Under the pieces are notes generated by a model. That model was not told where the DNA came from. It did not search any database and saw nothing but the letters and a program-made list of their open reading frames with translations. From Octopus vulgaris (Eukaryota): a stretch of 64,000 nucleotides of DNA. The stretch covers positions 248,001-312,000 of the forward strand of contig OX597828.1 in the NCBI GenBank assembly GCA_951406725.2, in the 5' to 3' direction. Below are positions 28,837-43,965 of this stretch, in pieces; within the stretch, counting starts at the first letter, position 1; each line of letters begins with the position of its first letter. The position numbers and the translations under genes were made by a program.

Positions 28837-28892
<56 letters not shown>

Positions 28893-29648
28893 GATATGTG
28901 TACAGGGAAGTCTGGCTATTTATTACTTGCAAGCAAATGTGGGTGTACATAGCTTGAATACGCATAGTTTATGTACACATTACTTCATCACTATTCACTA
29001 AATCTTCACTCAAAATCCCACCATCACGATTTCACTCATATCCACACCTACAAAAAATCATAGCGTTACTAATTACGGTTACACCGTACCCGTTATACCG
29101 GCTATTATTAACAACTATACGGGTGGGCGTCGAGATTTACGAAAATCTTACACAAAGTGTACACGTCCATATAAGTACACACACACACGCACACATTCGC
29201 ATATAGGTACTCAAAGCATTCACAAATATAGACACGCATTACTTTCTTTTTCACTTGGCTCGGTCAATTGACTGCGGCCATATTGGGACGCCGCCATTCA
29301 AAATGAAAGTTACATCCTCATTTGGGGGTACAACTTCGAATGTCAGTATTTCTCTCAACTTTTCAATAAAGAACGCAGGCCTTTAAACACGGCCTGCAAG
29401 CCGACCATGCCACCATAGAGCCCACGATTGTAGGTGTATATGCATTCATATATCTTTTATCTTTTATTCAGTCGTTGGAAAGCGGTCATGCTGGTTTTAG
29501 TCGATCGAACTGAGCTCAGGACTTTATTTTTTTAAAATCCGGCGACTTATGCTATCGGTCTCTTTTGCCGAGCCACTAAGTTATGGGGATGCAAACAAAC
29601 CAACATCGGTTGTCAAGCAGTGGTGGGGGACGAATACAGACACAGACA

Positions 29649-29718
<70 letters not shown>

Positions 29719-29723
29719 GCTAG

Positions 29724-29765
<42 letters not shown>

Positions 29766-29795
29766 GTCTGTCTGTCTGTCTGTCTATATATATAC

Positions 29796-29830
<35 letters not shown>

Positions 29831-30050
29831 CGAGGGGTGCTAAAAAGTTTCTGGCCTTTGGGGTGTCACGAAAGACCTGGCTGGAGGCCCAACCTTCCAT
29901 GTTCTTTTACAGGGTTTAGAAAAACTGAAGGACCGCTACAATAAGTGTGTGAATCTGAAAGGGGAATATGTTGAATAAAACCATAATTAACTGATCCGCC
30001 TCTATTTTCTTTTGCCCAAAGCCAGGTACTTTTTAAAACCTACCCCTTTG
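29831..30050 (+). mobile_element. Internally deleted mariner element (MITE)
   Basis: TA-flanked, with TIR-like ends cgaggggtgctaaaaagtttctggc and gccaggtactttttaa..cccctttg. Retains transposase end WLEAQP...GLEKLKDRYNKCVNLKGEYVE*. Confidence 0.8.
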
Positions 30051-30772
30051 TAAATATATATATGATGGACTTTCCCGTCATTAGACTACGTATGTGGGTT
30101 CGACAGTTTCTTACCGAACAACCACACGCACATATATAAAGTCAATTCAAATAAACGAATAATAAAACGGACCAGAAGAGGAATGTATTGGCTGGACGTT
30201 CGGCGAAAAGAGAGAGTTTGATGATTCGAGCATGGCTCTTCGTTGGAAAGGAGAAAGGTAAAAGTCCAAAGAAAGAAAAAGATCGCCAACACCGAGAGAG
30301 AGAGAGAGAGAGAGTAAACTATAGAAAATGGGTCTCCGTCACTTTAGACGCTAAGTGTCCAGGCTTTCGTTCAAACGAATTATTTATTTATAGAATAAAT
30401 ACATGGTGGTTGAAAGCATATGTGTGAGTGTGTACCTTTTAATCGTGGATGCAATTCATACACGCACCGGGTGGTTAAAGCTTCCATCCACCCAGTTTCA
30501 CTGACTAAGCGTGGATCAAAGGAAATCTGTGGAGAAAGTGACTTGCTTGACGTACCGCACTGAGACCGAACGCTGAACCTTGTGACTGCAAAGCAAATTC
30601 TTCAACCATCCGGTCACACAAACTCACACACACACGCCCATACACATAAACGCAATGACACACGCACACACGTCCCCATACAAATACTAAAAGTTAGGTT
30701 TTATGTTCGGTACACTAACCTTAAAAACACATGCATACAAACATCTTCAACCTCTCTCTCTCTCTTTCTCTT

Positions 30773-30829
<57 letters not shown>

Positions 30830-31432
30830 TTATGACTTGCACATAACCACAAATATAAATATAAAGGCCCACATGTACACGCAGTATACCAACATTTTAA
30901 AAAAGAAACCTACACACACACACACGCACACGCATACAAATACCTACACCATAATCCTACGCTTATTAAGAACAGGTAAATATATTCAAATAAATATTCC
31001 CACACACATACACACACTTTCACACAACACCAATGAGAAAGGTTACATACCTACAGTCAAAACAAACACTTGCTAAACAAGCTTACACACACACACACAC
31101 ACAAGCCTACACTCATTAAAGCACATCCAACGCTACTCTCCCACCCCACTTCCACCACTCCCAGATCTCACACCCGGACACATTTCTTTACCCATATAAG
31201 GAAACTCAATGTTTACGTAAAAGGTTCTAAAGTTAAAGAAGTGATTAATTTGCCTTCGACGCTAATCAAGGAGACATCATCACATTCACTTGATCGATTG
31301 GTCATCATTATTCCATCGATATTATAATCATTATTAATAGAATAATTCTATGATTAGTTTGGAACACAGCAACGAGCCATGGTCTTTCCACCGACATCTC
31401 AGCTGGGGTCAGTAATTGAAATTTCTTTATTA

Positions 31433-31470
<38 letters not shown>

Positions 31471-31510
31471 CCCTTCCCCAAAAATTTCAGGCCTCGTACC
31501 TATAGTACAA

Positions 31511-32375
<865 letters not shown>

Positions 32376-33962
32376 GGTATTATGCTTAGGGTGCCATATA
32401 TTTGGTTTTGCACATAGTATTGTTCTAGGGAAATTAGAGCCCAATTTGTTGTCATTACTTTTCTGGGTGCTACTGTGGTTCTAAATGGTTGTTATGGATG
32501 TCCTTGTATTTGTCTCAATTGAGACAAATCCTAATTTCCAAGGGGTCAGCTCCTCTACGCACCTCCTCTTGAGCATACTTCAGGCGAACGAATAAATACA
32601 TCGAACCAAAGCCAAGCCGTAACCAACTCCGACACTTCCCAGACGCGTCGTTATATCAACGTTTCTGCTAATTATTTATCATCGCAGATCCAACTCATCC
32701 ATTATTTTGTAGAAAATATTGATTACAAAATAAGGATCCCAAACTATGTGGTCACCATTTTGAAAACGAAAGCTGATTCGACTTCGATATTCTCGCTGAT
32801 TTGGGCTCTAACACTGAACAGCTAAATTGATCGTTAATGGACTGCGATATCTTAGCCTCTACATTCATCAAATTAAACGATCATATTTAAATCTCTCTCT
32901 CTCTCTCCTTCTCTCCTTCTTTCTCTCACTCTCTCCTTCTTACTCTCTCCTTCTCTCTCACACTCTCTCTGACGGGCTTTTACAGTATCTGTCAACGAAA
33001 TTCACTTCAAAGGCATTGGTCGCGCAGTGGGACTGAACCCGAAACTATGCAGTTGCAAGCATATAGCCTCTGCACACTTGTTAACAACATGAAGGAGGAT
33101 AAGAGAATATTCAATGAAAAAACTCATTAACTTGTATGACCGCCGTCCATCTGGCCGTAGTTGTTGCCACTGTTGTTGTTGTTGTCTCTGTCGTTGATGT
33201 TGTAGTTGCTGTTTAGCCCTCTGCCGGCCTTGATTGAGATCATGTATGACCAAATGCGTTCCACTCGTTACCCTCCTGTGTTTTCATATGTTTACACCCA
33301 AATACGTTCTATACTATTGTAGTTTTAGTGCTACTTGTCTTCCATACTTTTGCATATTTTGGACTTCTTGCTTTTTTTACATTTGTACTACTTGCCTATC
33401 ATACGTTTGTATATTTAGAACTATTTGTGTTTCATACTTTTCGTGACGGTAAGAATGTAATTTGAGGGAAATCGGCTGCTATTTCTTGCAAATCGAATAA
33501 CTACGTAGAAGCTCTCTTGTTGATAATTTTTAACAAACACTAAAGAATTTACTGAAAGCAAATGTTTTGACGCCATTACAGAAGTGAAACGGTGAAATAT
33601 AAGATTCTTCCCAGATTCCTATGAATTCGTCTCCTCCTTCTTTCGTTGAGTTAGGACGTCCACCAGGTCGACCACGAGGACGGCCACACCACAGATCTTG
33701 TGAATATTTACAGAATTTCTGAGTTATGATCTTATCGTTATGTTTTCTAAAACAATCCTTAATAGATACAGTTAGTATAAGATTTAATTTTTAAACATTT
33801 TATGGAGTGGTCGGAGATAAAACCTTTCAGTGTTGATTGAGTTGAAGGTGGTTCTTGTCTCTAAAATTACTTTTATATATTTGAATTAAAAATTGAAAGA
33901 TGTTCATTTTAGTACATCTAATTCGAATGTCTTTTTTCTGTGCACTTGGAAGTAATATTTCC

Positions 33963-34025
<63 letters not shown>

Positions 34026-34027
34026 TA

Positions 34028-34059
<32 letters not shown>

Positions 34060-34101
34060 TATATATATATATATCTATATATGTTTATATGTATATATAT
34101 T

Positions 34102-34165
<64 letters not shown>

Positions 34166-34293
34166 TAAATTAGAGACAAAACCACTATTAGGCAAATCAT
34201 ACAATGAAAAACTTAAGCCAATACATAAGATTATCTAATTTATATTATTTAAATATAAAACAAAATTATTTTAAAAATATATAATTAATATAT

Positions 34294-34357
34294 CACTACG
34301 ATCGTTTCATGGCTGTTAATTTCTTTAAATTTTCGAGTTACAGTCATTCATCAGGTG
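34294..34357 (-). ncRNA. Minimal hammerhead ribozyme motif (left arm)
   Basis: Reverse complement of the motif at 35333-35396. Confidence 0.75.
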
Positions 34358-35332
34358 GTTTAAATATCTAAAATATAATCAATATTTTAAAGATATAAAT
34401 AATATATATAATATAATATAATAATTTAACTTATAATAAACTCTATTATCAAATATGATTATATCGAAATCGACTATAATGTTAAATATTAACTTTAATT
34501 TATAAGGTAGGAAACCCATAATCTAGTATCAATATTAGTCTATATCTAATTACATAAATATTTAAAATGACTAATATATATAAATTATCAATGAAAATAT
34601 ATATAAATATTATAATCAAGATCTAAAATAATCTCTATAAATAATTGTATATAATGAAAACCTAATGAATTTAATTTTTCATATTTAAAGATGAAATAGC
34701 TAATTTCAAAATACAAATAAACTAACTTAAACGGACTTTCAGAAATCTTATGTAAAATACTTTTAGAAATAATCAATTCTTAGTAATATAGTATCGAATA
34801 AATACTATAAGTACTATAAATATAATTATGAATGGGAATTATTATCTAATATACATTTAAAGAAATAACTAAGTTATGCTATTAAATTATACATGGCCTA
34901 GACCAATCTTTAGTCGAAACATATCTAATTTTATCAAAGTTTATTTCTGAAAGTCCGTTTAAGTTAGTTTTTTTTGTATTTTGAAATTAGCTATTTCATC
35001 TTTAAATATGAAAAATTAAATTTATTAGGTTTTCATTATATACAATTATTTATAGAGATTATTTTAGATCTCGATTATAATATTTATATATATTTTCATT
35101 GATAATTTATATATATCAGTCATTTTAAATATTTATGTAATTAGATATAGACTAATATTGATATTAGATTATGGGTTTCCTACCTTATAAATTAAAGTTA
35201 ATATTTAACATTATAGTCGATTTCGATATAATCATATTTGATAATAGAGTTTATTATAAGTAAAATTATTATATTATATTATATATATTATTTATATCTT
35301 AAAAATATTGATTATATTTTAGATATTTAAAC

Positions 35333-35396
35333 CACCTGATGAATGACTGTAACTCGAAAATTTAAAGAAATTAACAGCCATGAAACGATCGTAGTG
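35333..35396 (+). ncRNA. Minimal hammerhead ribozyme motif (right arm)
   Basis: cac-CTGATGA-atgactgt...acagccat-GAAAC-gatc-GTA-gtg. Stem I cac/gtg, stem II 7 of 8 bp paired, stem III C-GATC-G with a palindromic tetraloop. Predicted cleavage after GUA at 35393. Confidence 0.8.
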
Positions 35397-35605
35397 ATAT
35401 ATTAATTATATTTTTTTAATAATTTTGTTTTATATTTAAATAATATAAATTAGATAATCTTATGTATTGGCTTAAGTTTTTCATTGTATGATTTGCCTAA
35501 TAGTGGTTTTGTCTCTAATTTAATATAATATAATATTTTACTATAAAATTGGATTCAATCCTAAATCTGCTTTTTCCCTGTAAGTTTGGATTTATTCCTA
35601 ATATT

Positions 35606-35702
<97 letters not shown>

Positions 35703-37769
35703 AGAGAGAGAGAGAGTAAGAGAGAGAGAGAGTTAGGTATTATCGTTTAATTCGATGAATGTAGAGGCTAAAATCCCAATCCATTAACGATCAATTTAGC
35801 TGTTCAGGGTTAGTCTAATCAATGGAAATATCGACGTCGAATCAGCTTTCATTTTCAAAATGGTGACCACATAGTTTGGGATCCTTATTTTGTAATTCAT
35901 ATTTTCTACAATGTCCTTCAGACATGTGAGGGAAACCTTTGTTAGGAGAAACAAGATTATTCTTCACAAAGAAGTCCAGTTTTTGGAGGGTTATGTTGAA
36001 TTAGTGGCTGGTATTCATGCTCAACAACAAAACATTCTCAGTTTTGTGGGTGGGGAGTTTTCATTTTCACTGTTATTGTTGGTGTTGTTGTTGTTGCTGT
36101 ATTCAAATGTATTTAAATGGCAGGGATAAAAATAACATTTTACAGTAATATTTTGCGCATTTCGTTCACAATTAGGGGGAATTTCATTTACATTAATTAA
36201 ACGATGCCTCCTAAAACAACAAACTGGGTCTTTTATATGCAGATTATTTTGGTGTCTTTCTTTTCAATCGTTTCGATTCTGAGTCACATGAAAAACAGGA
36301 GTAAAAACAATGCAGAAAAGAGAAAGTATTTAGACGTGGGAAATTTCTGCGGAAGATCTGGATAATTTGCATGTTTCCGTTTACTGACATGTTTGTTTTG
36401 TTTTCTATTTTTTTTCTTCTTCCAAAAAAAAAAAAAATAGAAGACTTAATGTCACCGTAGCCTAAGTCTAAGACAATGAAGGGAGTTTATATGTGGTTAC
36501 TGACCTACCAGGAATAATACTCGAATTTCCTCAAACCACACCATACTGTCTTCGAAAATAAAAGAGAATACAATAAAACACGTCCTAGATATGTAAAAAG
36601 TCAGGGTGGTCACAATCGGAACGATTTGATCATAGGCTTGTTTTTTGCTTGGTCAGGATTAACTTGGATTAACAGCTAAAATATTCAAATAAGAAAGCGG
36701 GGATTTTATTTGTGCTTTTTTATTGTTTTTTGGTTTCTGCGCACTATTTTTATTATTTTTTTATGTATGATCTTCTTTGTTTATAAATAAATTTTTGAAT
36801 TTCGAGACTAAGTGGCGTAGGAAAATTACTAAGGTGGCGGTGCATGTGCCTTGCCTTAATTGCGTTAATTGTTTCAGTTGTAGAGTTCAAATTACACCAT
36901 GTTCAAATTCCGTGTTCGACCTTGGGCTTCCTACTTTAAGGGGTTTTATAAAATACACCGTTATAAAAACAGAGCCACCAGTTGTGACCTTTCTCTGTCT
37001 CTTCTACTCTTACTACACCCATTAGTCTTACCCACACTTTTATGTCTTCTCTTACCACAAGTACAAATTATATCCTCCCTCTCTCTCTCTCTCTCTCTCT
37101 TCTACTCTTACTACATCCATCAGTTATATTCTCTTGCTATTCTTATTCTTACCACAATTACCAATTGTGATCTCCTTCTATCCCTTCTCCTCTTACTACA
37201 ACCACCAGTTGTGTTCTCTTTGTGACACTTCTTCAATCATCAGATAACAATGTTGTCACTCGATCGGCCAAAAGTGACAACTAAAATCTTCAATTCATAC
37301 GCTGTTGTCTTTAAAAAGAAAAACAATACACAATGTAGTTCATAGAATCTGTTATATTATGGCTAACCTGTGGCTACAAACATTAGCAACAGCAAGGAAA
37401 GACATATCAGATAATGTAGTTGTTGATAGACTATGTTTAAATAAAGATGGGGTGGTCACAGCTGGATGTCTTTGATCACAGGCTTGTTGGATCATGGGTG
37501 ATCTATAGATAAAGGTTATTTCATATTGATGCTGGAAGACAGAAGGAAATTTTTATATTTATTTTTATATTCTAGAGAGGAGATAATCCAAATAACCGGC
37601 AATTAATTGGTGTGAATGGCCACCAGGGCAGATTTACGCAAAACTGAAAGGTTTTAAGGATCATGCATTTCTAAATACATAGAAATAGTGAGAGAGAAGT
37701 GAAAATCTACACAGGAGTGTAGATTAAATTGTCCAGTGGGCGGCAACCTAACTTTGAAGACGACAGGAA

Positions 37770-38000
37770 AAAAAAAGAAAAATTATGTACCGAACTCTTA
37801 AAAAACCTGAACTATACTTTAGATTTATACCTGTAATTATTGAGATATTTGCTCGCTTAACTACCTGTCTCAGCACCGAAGTTGAAAAGCTAGGCTTCAT
37901 AGAATCAGTAAAGATAAAGATAGTTGGAAATTTCCAATAGAACATTTTTGGAACTGTAAAAATAGGCGAAACATTCTGGAACGTTAGCCTATAGTATATA
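37770..38000 (+). mobile_element. Degraded RLE-type LINE 3' fragment
   Basis: FRFIPVII-like segment, homologous to 39300-39520. Confidence 0.5.
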
Positions 38001-38235
38001 CACACACACACACCTATAGACACGTAAGCACATGCGTATTTCGATGGGTTTTTTTACATATGTACGTACGTACGTATGTAAGTATGTATGTATGTACTAT
38101 GTAAGTACGTATGTATCTATGTATGCATGTACGTATGTATGTACGTATGTATGTATGTATTTATGTATGTATGCATTAGGTGGAGGAATACAGCAACACA
38201 CTCAGTACACAAGTGTTTACCATAAAAATGCCTTT

Positions 38236-38332
<97 letters not shown>

Positions 38333-39029
38333 GATAGATAGATAGATAGGTAAGTAGGTAAATAAATAGATAGACAGATGTAGAGAGAGAAAGAGAGTGA
38401 GAGAGATAGGGGGAAGGAGAGGAATATCAGCAGATAAGCATAAATTGCACAAATAGTTAATTCATTTAATTTATTTCTGAACTGCATGTGAGATTTATGC
38501 CTTTTTGTTCTTTATTCTAAACATGTTGCTCTCAGCGATCGTCTTAGCCGATACTGTATTTACCAGTAAACATGTTCCACAAGAGATTATGATGTTGTGA
38601 GAACGTATTGGAGCTTAACAATGTGTCAATAACTGAGCTCTTAACTGCTGTGGATTTAATTTGTGGTGCCAATTCTTCAAAGATGTCACATACAAATGTT
38701 TGTGCATAAATGTGTGCATGTATGTATAAACATACGCGCATACATACTAGCATGCATGTATCCAGCCATCATACCTACACAAATAAGAAAAATACGTTTT
38801 CTTGGTAAACACTTGTTTCCTGATGGTGTTGCTGTATTCCATCTCGAAATGCAAACATACGTAAATACGTACATACATACATACGCACACACCTTAACAT
38901 GTACATACACACATACACACACACACACTTACATACATACATAATACATACATGCATATGTAGGCAAAACATGGAAACGAGCTAACCGATGCTGACTTTT
39001 AACGCCATAGATATCAACCGCATTATAGG

Positions 39030-39520
39030 AATTGTCATCACTTTATTATTTGCCGATGAGACATGATGCTGTGGCCAAGACACCTTACAATGAGATCTGT
39101 CGGGACAATACACAGATGTAAAAATCCCCCATGTGGTTGGGACCACAGCTATGATGATGAGAAGAAGTATTGGTGGAATGTCCCATTGAAAAGATCAATA
39201 AAATGCAAACCTAGAAGACAGGAGGGAAAGTAGTGGAAGTTAATTTCCCAGAGGATGTCAACACAAAGCTATAAATCACTGAAAAAGTAAAACACTACAC
39301 TGAACTATAAAGAAATTCACGGTTGTTTCAGCCGGATTACAACCTCAAATTTATACCTGTAATTATAGGTGCCCCAGGGTATCTAACAGACAGCCTCAGT
39401 ACCAGTCTTGTGAATTCAGGCTTCTCTAAACCAGAAAGGAGGAAACTAATTAGATTACAGACACAAACTGTTATTTGAACAATCAAAAGTTATAAAATAT
39501 TCCAAAAGTTTAGCATATAG
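39030..39520 (+). mobile_element. Degraded RLE-type (R4-like) LINE 3' fragment
   Basis: Remnants RHDAVAKT.YN, YWWNVPI and KFIPVIIGAPGY, with frameshifts. Confidence 0.65.
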
Positions 39521-40158
39521 GTGCATATGTGCATATGTCTAAACATGTGACATTGTGTATGAGTTTACACACACAAAACATGCAAATCTGCAGATGTAGT
39601 GAGGCTATATACTTGCAAGAACGCTCCAAGACAAGCAGAAATACTTCGTTGGTGTTATTGAAATTTCAGTAAAGGTGTCTTGGATCCTGGCTAGGAACCG
39701 ACACTTTCTCCAATGAGAAGAAATACAGAATCAAAATTAAATAACAAACAAAAATACATACATACATACATACACACACACATACATACATACATACATA
39801 CATACATACATACATACATACATACATACATACATACATACGTACGTACGTACGTACGTACGTACATACATACATACATACATACATACATACATACATA
39901 CATACATACATACATACATACATACATACATACATACATACAATCAGCATCTGGCTGATTTGTAAATTCAAATGAAAGAACCTTCCTTCGAAATTGCAGA
40001 CCGGTTTTGTTTCTTCAGTGAGAAATTTGAAAAATTAGGTTAGCATAAGTGATACATTTGCATACACATGCACACTCACGAGTACACACAATACGTACAC
40101 ATACACATGCAACATACACACACATACAAACACACACACACAGAGATATGTATGTAAG

Positions 40159-40197
<39 letters not shown>

Positions 40198-40220
40198 ATG
40201 TGTATATATATATATATATA

Positions 40221-40309
<89 letters not shown>

Positions 40310-40524
40310 TTCTTGTAAGTTGTTGTTATAATAATAATAATAATAATAAAACAATAATTTCATTAATTTGCCACAAGGGCATCAATGAGTGAGACAATAC
40401 TAATGCATTTTTCATCCACTGCACTTATTAATTAGTGTAAATAATATAATATCCAGTTTTTATTTTTCACATTAAGTACTCCGTGTCTTCTATACTGTTC
40501 TTTATTGTTTCTTGTTGCTTGCAG

Positions 40525-40674
40525 GTGTATTAAACCGAACGAAGAGAAAACTCCAAATAAGTTCGAAACTGATCATGTCCTAGACCAACTGCGAACCAGT
40601 GGACTTATGGAAATTGCCAGAATCAGACAACTGGGTTTCCCAGTACGAATTGGCTTCCAAGAATTCATAGACAA
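40525..40674 (+). CDS. Myosin motor-domain gene, internal exon C (RCIKPN...QLRTSGLMEIARIRQLGFPVR...FIDK)
   Basis: Acceptor ttgcAG, donor GTAAGT at 40675. 150 nt, phase 2 on both sides. Contains the diagnostic RCIKPN motif and the QLRxxG..E..RI...GFP.R (SH2/SH1 helix) motif. Confidence 0.97.
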
Positions 40675-40705
40675 GTAAGTTGATATTTCATACATAACAT
40701 TATAA

Positions 40706-40788
<83 letters not shown>

Positions 40789-40945
40789 TGTTGAAATGGA
40801 AAGATGAATTATCTTGTTACGGATTATTCAAAAGTTTAACCGATACCTGGGTAGCAAAAATCACAGCAGAAAAAACACGGTTGGAGATATGACCATATGG
40901 TGTTGCAACCGTGCGTTGGTGCGGATAATTGAAGTTTAATATAAT

Positions 40946-41157
40946 TAGTGAATGGAAGAAATGGAGTTGAACGAAGATTGTACAGAATTCCTTTTATTAC
41001 ATTCTACACATGTTTCAAAGGCCACAATTTTCCAAATTCTGATTAAATTCTGATTTATTTAATCAGAATTTGGAAAATTGTGGCCTTTGAAACATGTGTA
41101 GAATGTAATAAAAGGAATTCTGTACAATCTTCGTTCAACTCCATTTCTTCCATTCAC

Positions 41158-41159
<2 letters not shown>
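40946..41159. repeat. Perfect palindrome, 103-bp arms with an 8-nt loop
   Basis: 40946-41048 is the exact reverse complement of 41057-41159. The arms contain a hammerhead 3'-half-like GAAAC-atgt-GTA. Followed by (TA)n. Confidence 0.95.
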
Positions 41160-41234
<75 letters not shown>

Positions 41235-41664
41235 TTTCATGTACTGAGAGCATGTTTTTTAACACGTCTGGTGTCCACAATCATCAGACACTGCCTACAT
41301 GGCAAGGCAATGTCTGGTCATTGTACTAGGACACCATAGGTTTTAAAAACACTGTTTGGCACGCTCTCAGCACATGGAACTAATAGTTGTACAGAAATAC
41401 AAACTATCTTTAACATTTTCTTGAGAATGTATATTTATGTTGTAATCTTTTGTGCCCAATATTTTAAGGAACTTGTTAAACTTTCTTATGTCCTTAACAT
41501 GTTCTTGTTACCAAAGACTGTATATATGTAATGTAGCATTTTGTAACAACCAATAATTAACGCAACCAAACTTTTACACGTTACTTTTGACAATCTTTTT
41601 CCAAAGAGTGAAACCGGTAAAGTAAAAAAACACCTTTTAAAATTACATTTTCAAACCTTCTTTC

Positions 41665-41709
<45 letters not shown>

Positions 41710-41717
41710 TATATATG

Positions 41718-41787
<70 letters not shown>

Positions 41788-42712
41788 TATACACGACGAG
41801 CTTCTTTCAGTTTCCGTTTACAAAATCCACTCACAAGGCTTTAATCGGCCCGAGGCTATAGTAGACGACACTTGCCCAAGGAGCCACACAGAAACTGAAA
41901 CCATATGGATGGGAAGCAGACTTCTTACCACACAACCACTCCTGCACCTTGTGTTGCATTTCGCAATGGTCAAGTTAACAATTAACACATGCTTAAGTTG
42001 CTATTGACTTCAGTGGTGGCCATCATTGTTTTTCTCCGTGCTAACAGACACATACACACGTTGTTTTTAACTCTTTGCTTGTGTTGGAATTTTGTCAGTA
42101 TTTTGTTTAAGATGAAAACTGAATTGAACTACATTCAACGCGTGTCTATTCGTTGGTAGCGTGAACCGCCCAAAATATAACAATTCTTGTTTCAACACAT
42201 GATTTCAAGCCAAACAACTTGCAAAAGAAATATATTTCTGTGCGTGATTGCGTGTACCGCATGAGTGCGTGTGTGTCTTTGTATATGTGTTAACTTAGAG
42301 ACAGGAATGTGCTCCAGTTTAATCTTATTTTTCATTATTAAAAATGCTTCTTCAAGAACACAAGACTATATATGCTTATACGCACGTATATGTACATATA
42401 TAATATATTGATAGCCTGAATGTATATACACAGAGGTAGAGGTGGGACAAATACAGAAACAAAGGCACACACACAAATACACACATATGCCGATATACAT
42501 ATATTTATATATATGTACTTATACATAAATATGTGTGTGTGTATACATACACACATATACACACGACGGCCTTCTTTCAGTTTTCATCTACCATATGAAC
42601 TGACAAGGCAAAAGTAGAAAAAAACTTGCCCAGGTTATCACACTGAGGGACCGAACTTGGAACCATGCGGTTGGGAAGTAAACTTGTTACCACACATCCA
42701 CACACACACACA

Positions 42713-42788
<76 letters not shown>

Positions 42789-43264
42789 GAAGTGGGATGA
42801 GTGTGAATGTGAACATCGCCCCCAGATATCTGATTTTAGTGAAATACCATCATCACTTAGTCATGGCTGCAGTTTGTCATCCCACTTCCGGTTCACCCTG
42901 ATAAAAAACAAAGAAAGGTATGGATACATTTATACTCAATAATACCAATGACAACAACAAACAAGGAAGAGAGGGAATAAAAGAACAAGAATTGAATCTC
43001 GAACACAAACCCTGCAAAAACATATTTAGGAAAATAGATTTTAAAATGTCTTCCATTTTTTCTTTTTCTAGGATTCTTTCACCCTTGTCTTTCTTCTTCG
43101 TCATCATCGTTCCCTTCTAATTTCTTTCTCGTTCTCCCTCTCTCACTCTCACTCTTCGCTTCGTTCATTTTTGTGCTTTTTCTCTTTTTCTGCGTTTTCT
43201 TTGTCTTTGTTCCTCTTTTTCTTAAACCCTTCTTCTTCTTCTTCTTCTTCTTCTTCTTCTTCTT

Positions 43265-43357
<93 letters not shown>

Positions 43358-43359
43358 TA

Positions 43360-43965
43360 AGGCAGCAAGCTGGCAGAATCGTAAGCACGCCGAGCGAAAT
43401 GGTTAGCGGTGTTCCGACCGTCTTAAACGTTTTGAGTTCAAATTCCGCCGAGGTCGACTTTGCCTTTCAGGGTCGATAAATTAAGTACCAGTGAAACACT
43501 GGGGTCGACGTAATCGACTTATCCCCCCCCACCAAAATGGCTGCCCTTTTGGCAAAATTTGAAACCATTATAAGGCGGCGAGCTGGCAGACTCGTTAGCG
43601 AACTGGGCGTAATACGTAGCGGTATTTCGTCCTCCTTTTCGTTCTGAGTTCTAATTCCGCTTTGACTGTTATTCTTTCAGGTCCATAAAATAAGTATCCC
43701 TTTCCCAAAAATTTCAGGCTCTGTGCGTTATTATTGTTGTTGTTGTTGTTGTTATTTAAGGCGGCGAGCTGGCAAAACCGTTACCGCGGCTCGCAAAATG
43801 GTTAGCGTTATTTCGTCCGTCTCTACGTTCTGAGTTCAAATTACGCTGACATCGACTTTACTTTTCATCTTTTCTGGCTCGACAAGATTAGTACCAGTTG
43901 GACACTGGGGTCGATATACTTGACTTATCCCCTACCCCCGAAATTGCTGTCTATAATTTGAAATC
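43360..43965 (+). mobile_element. Three tandem family-A SINE copies
   Basis: Heads at about 43361, 43573 and 43760 (ggcggcgagctggca... gagttc(a/t)aatt). Confidence 0.8.

Larger units (their letters stand above)
34160..35610. mobile_element. Large fold-back element (about 590-bp inverted arms, 196-bp spacer) in (TA)n, Penelope-like inverted terminal repeats
   Basis: About 34160-34746 is the near-exact reverse complement of 34943-35535. Each arm carries a hammerhead motif. (TA)n lies on both flanks. Confidence 0.8.
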
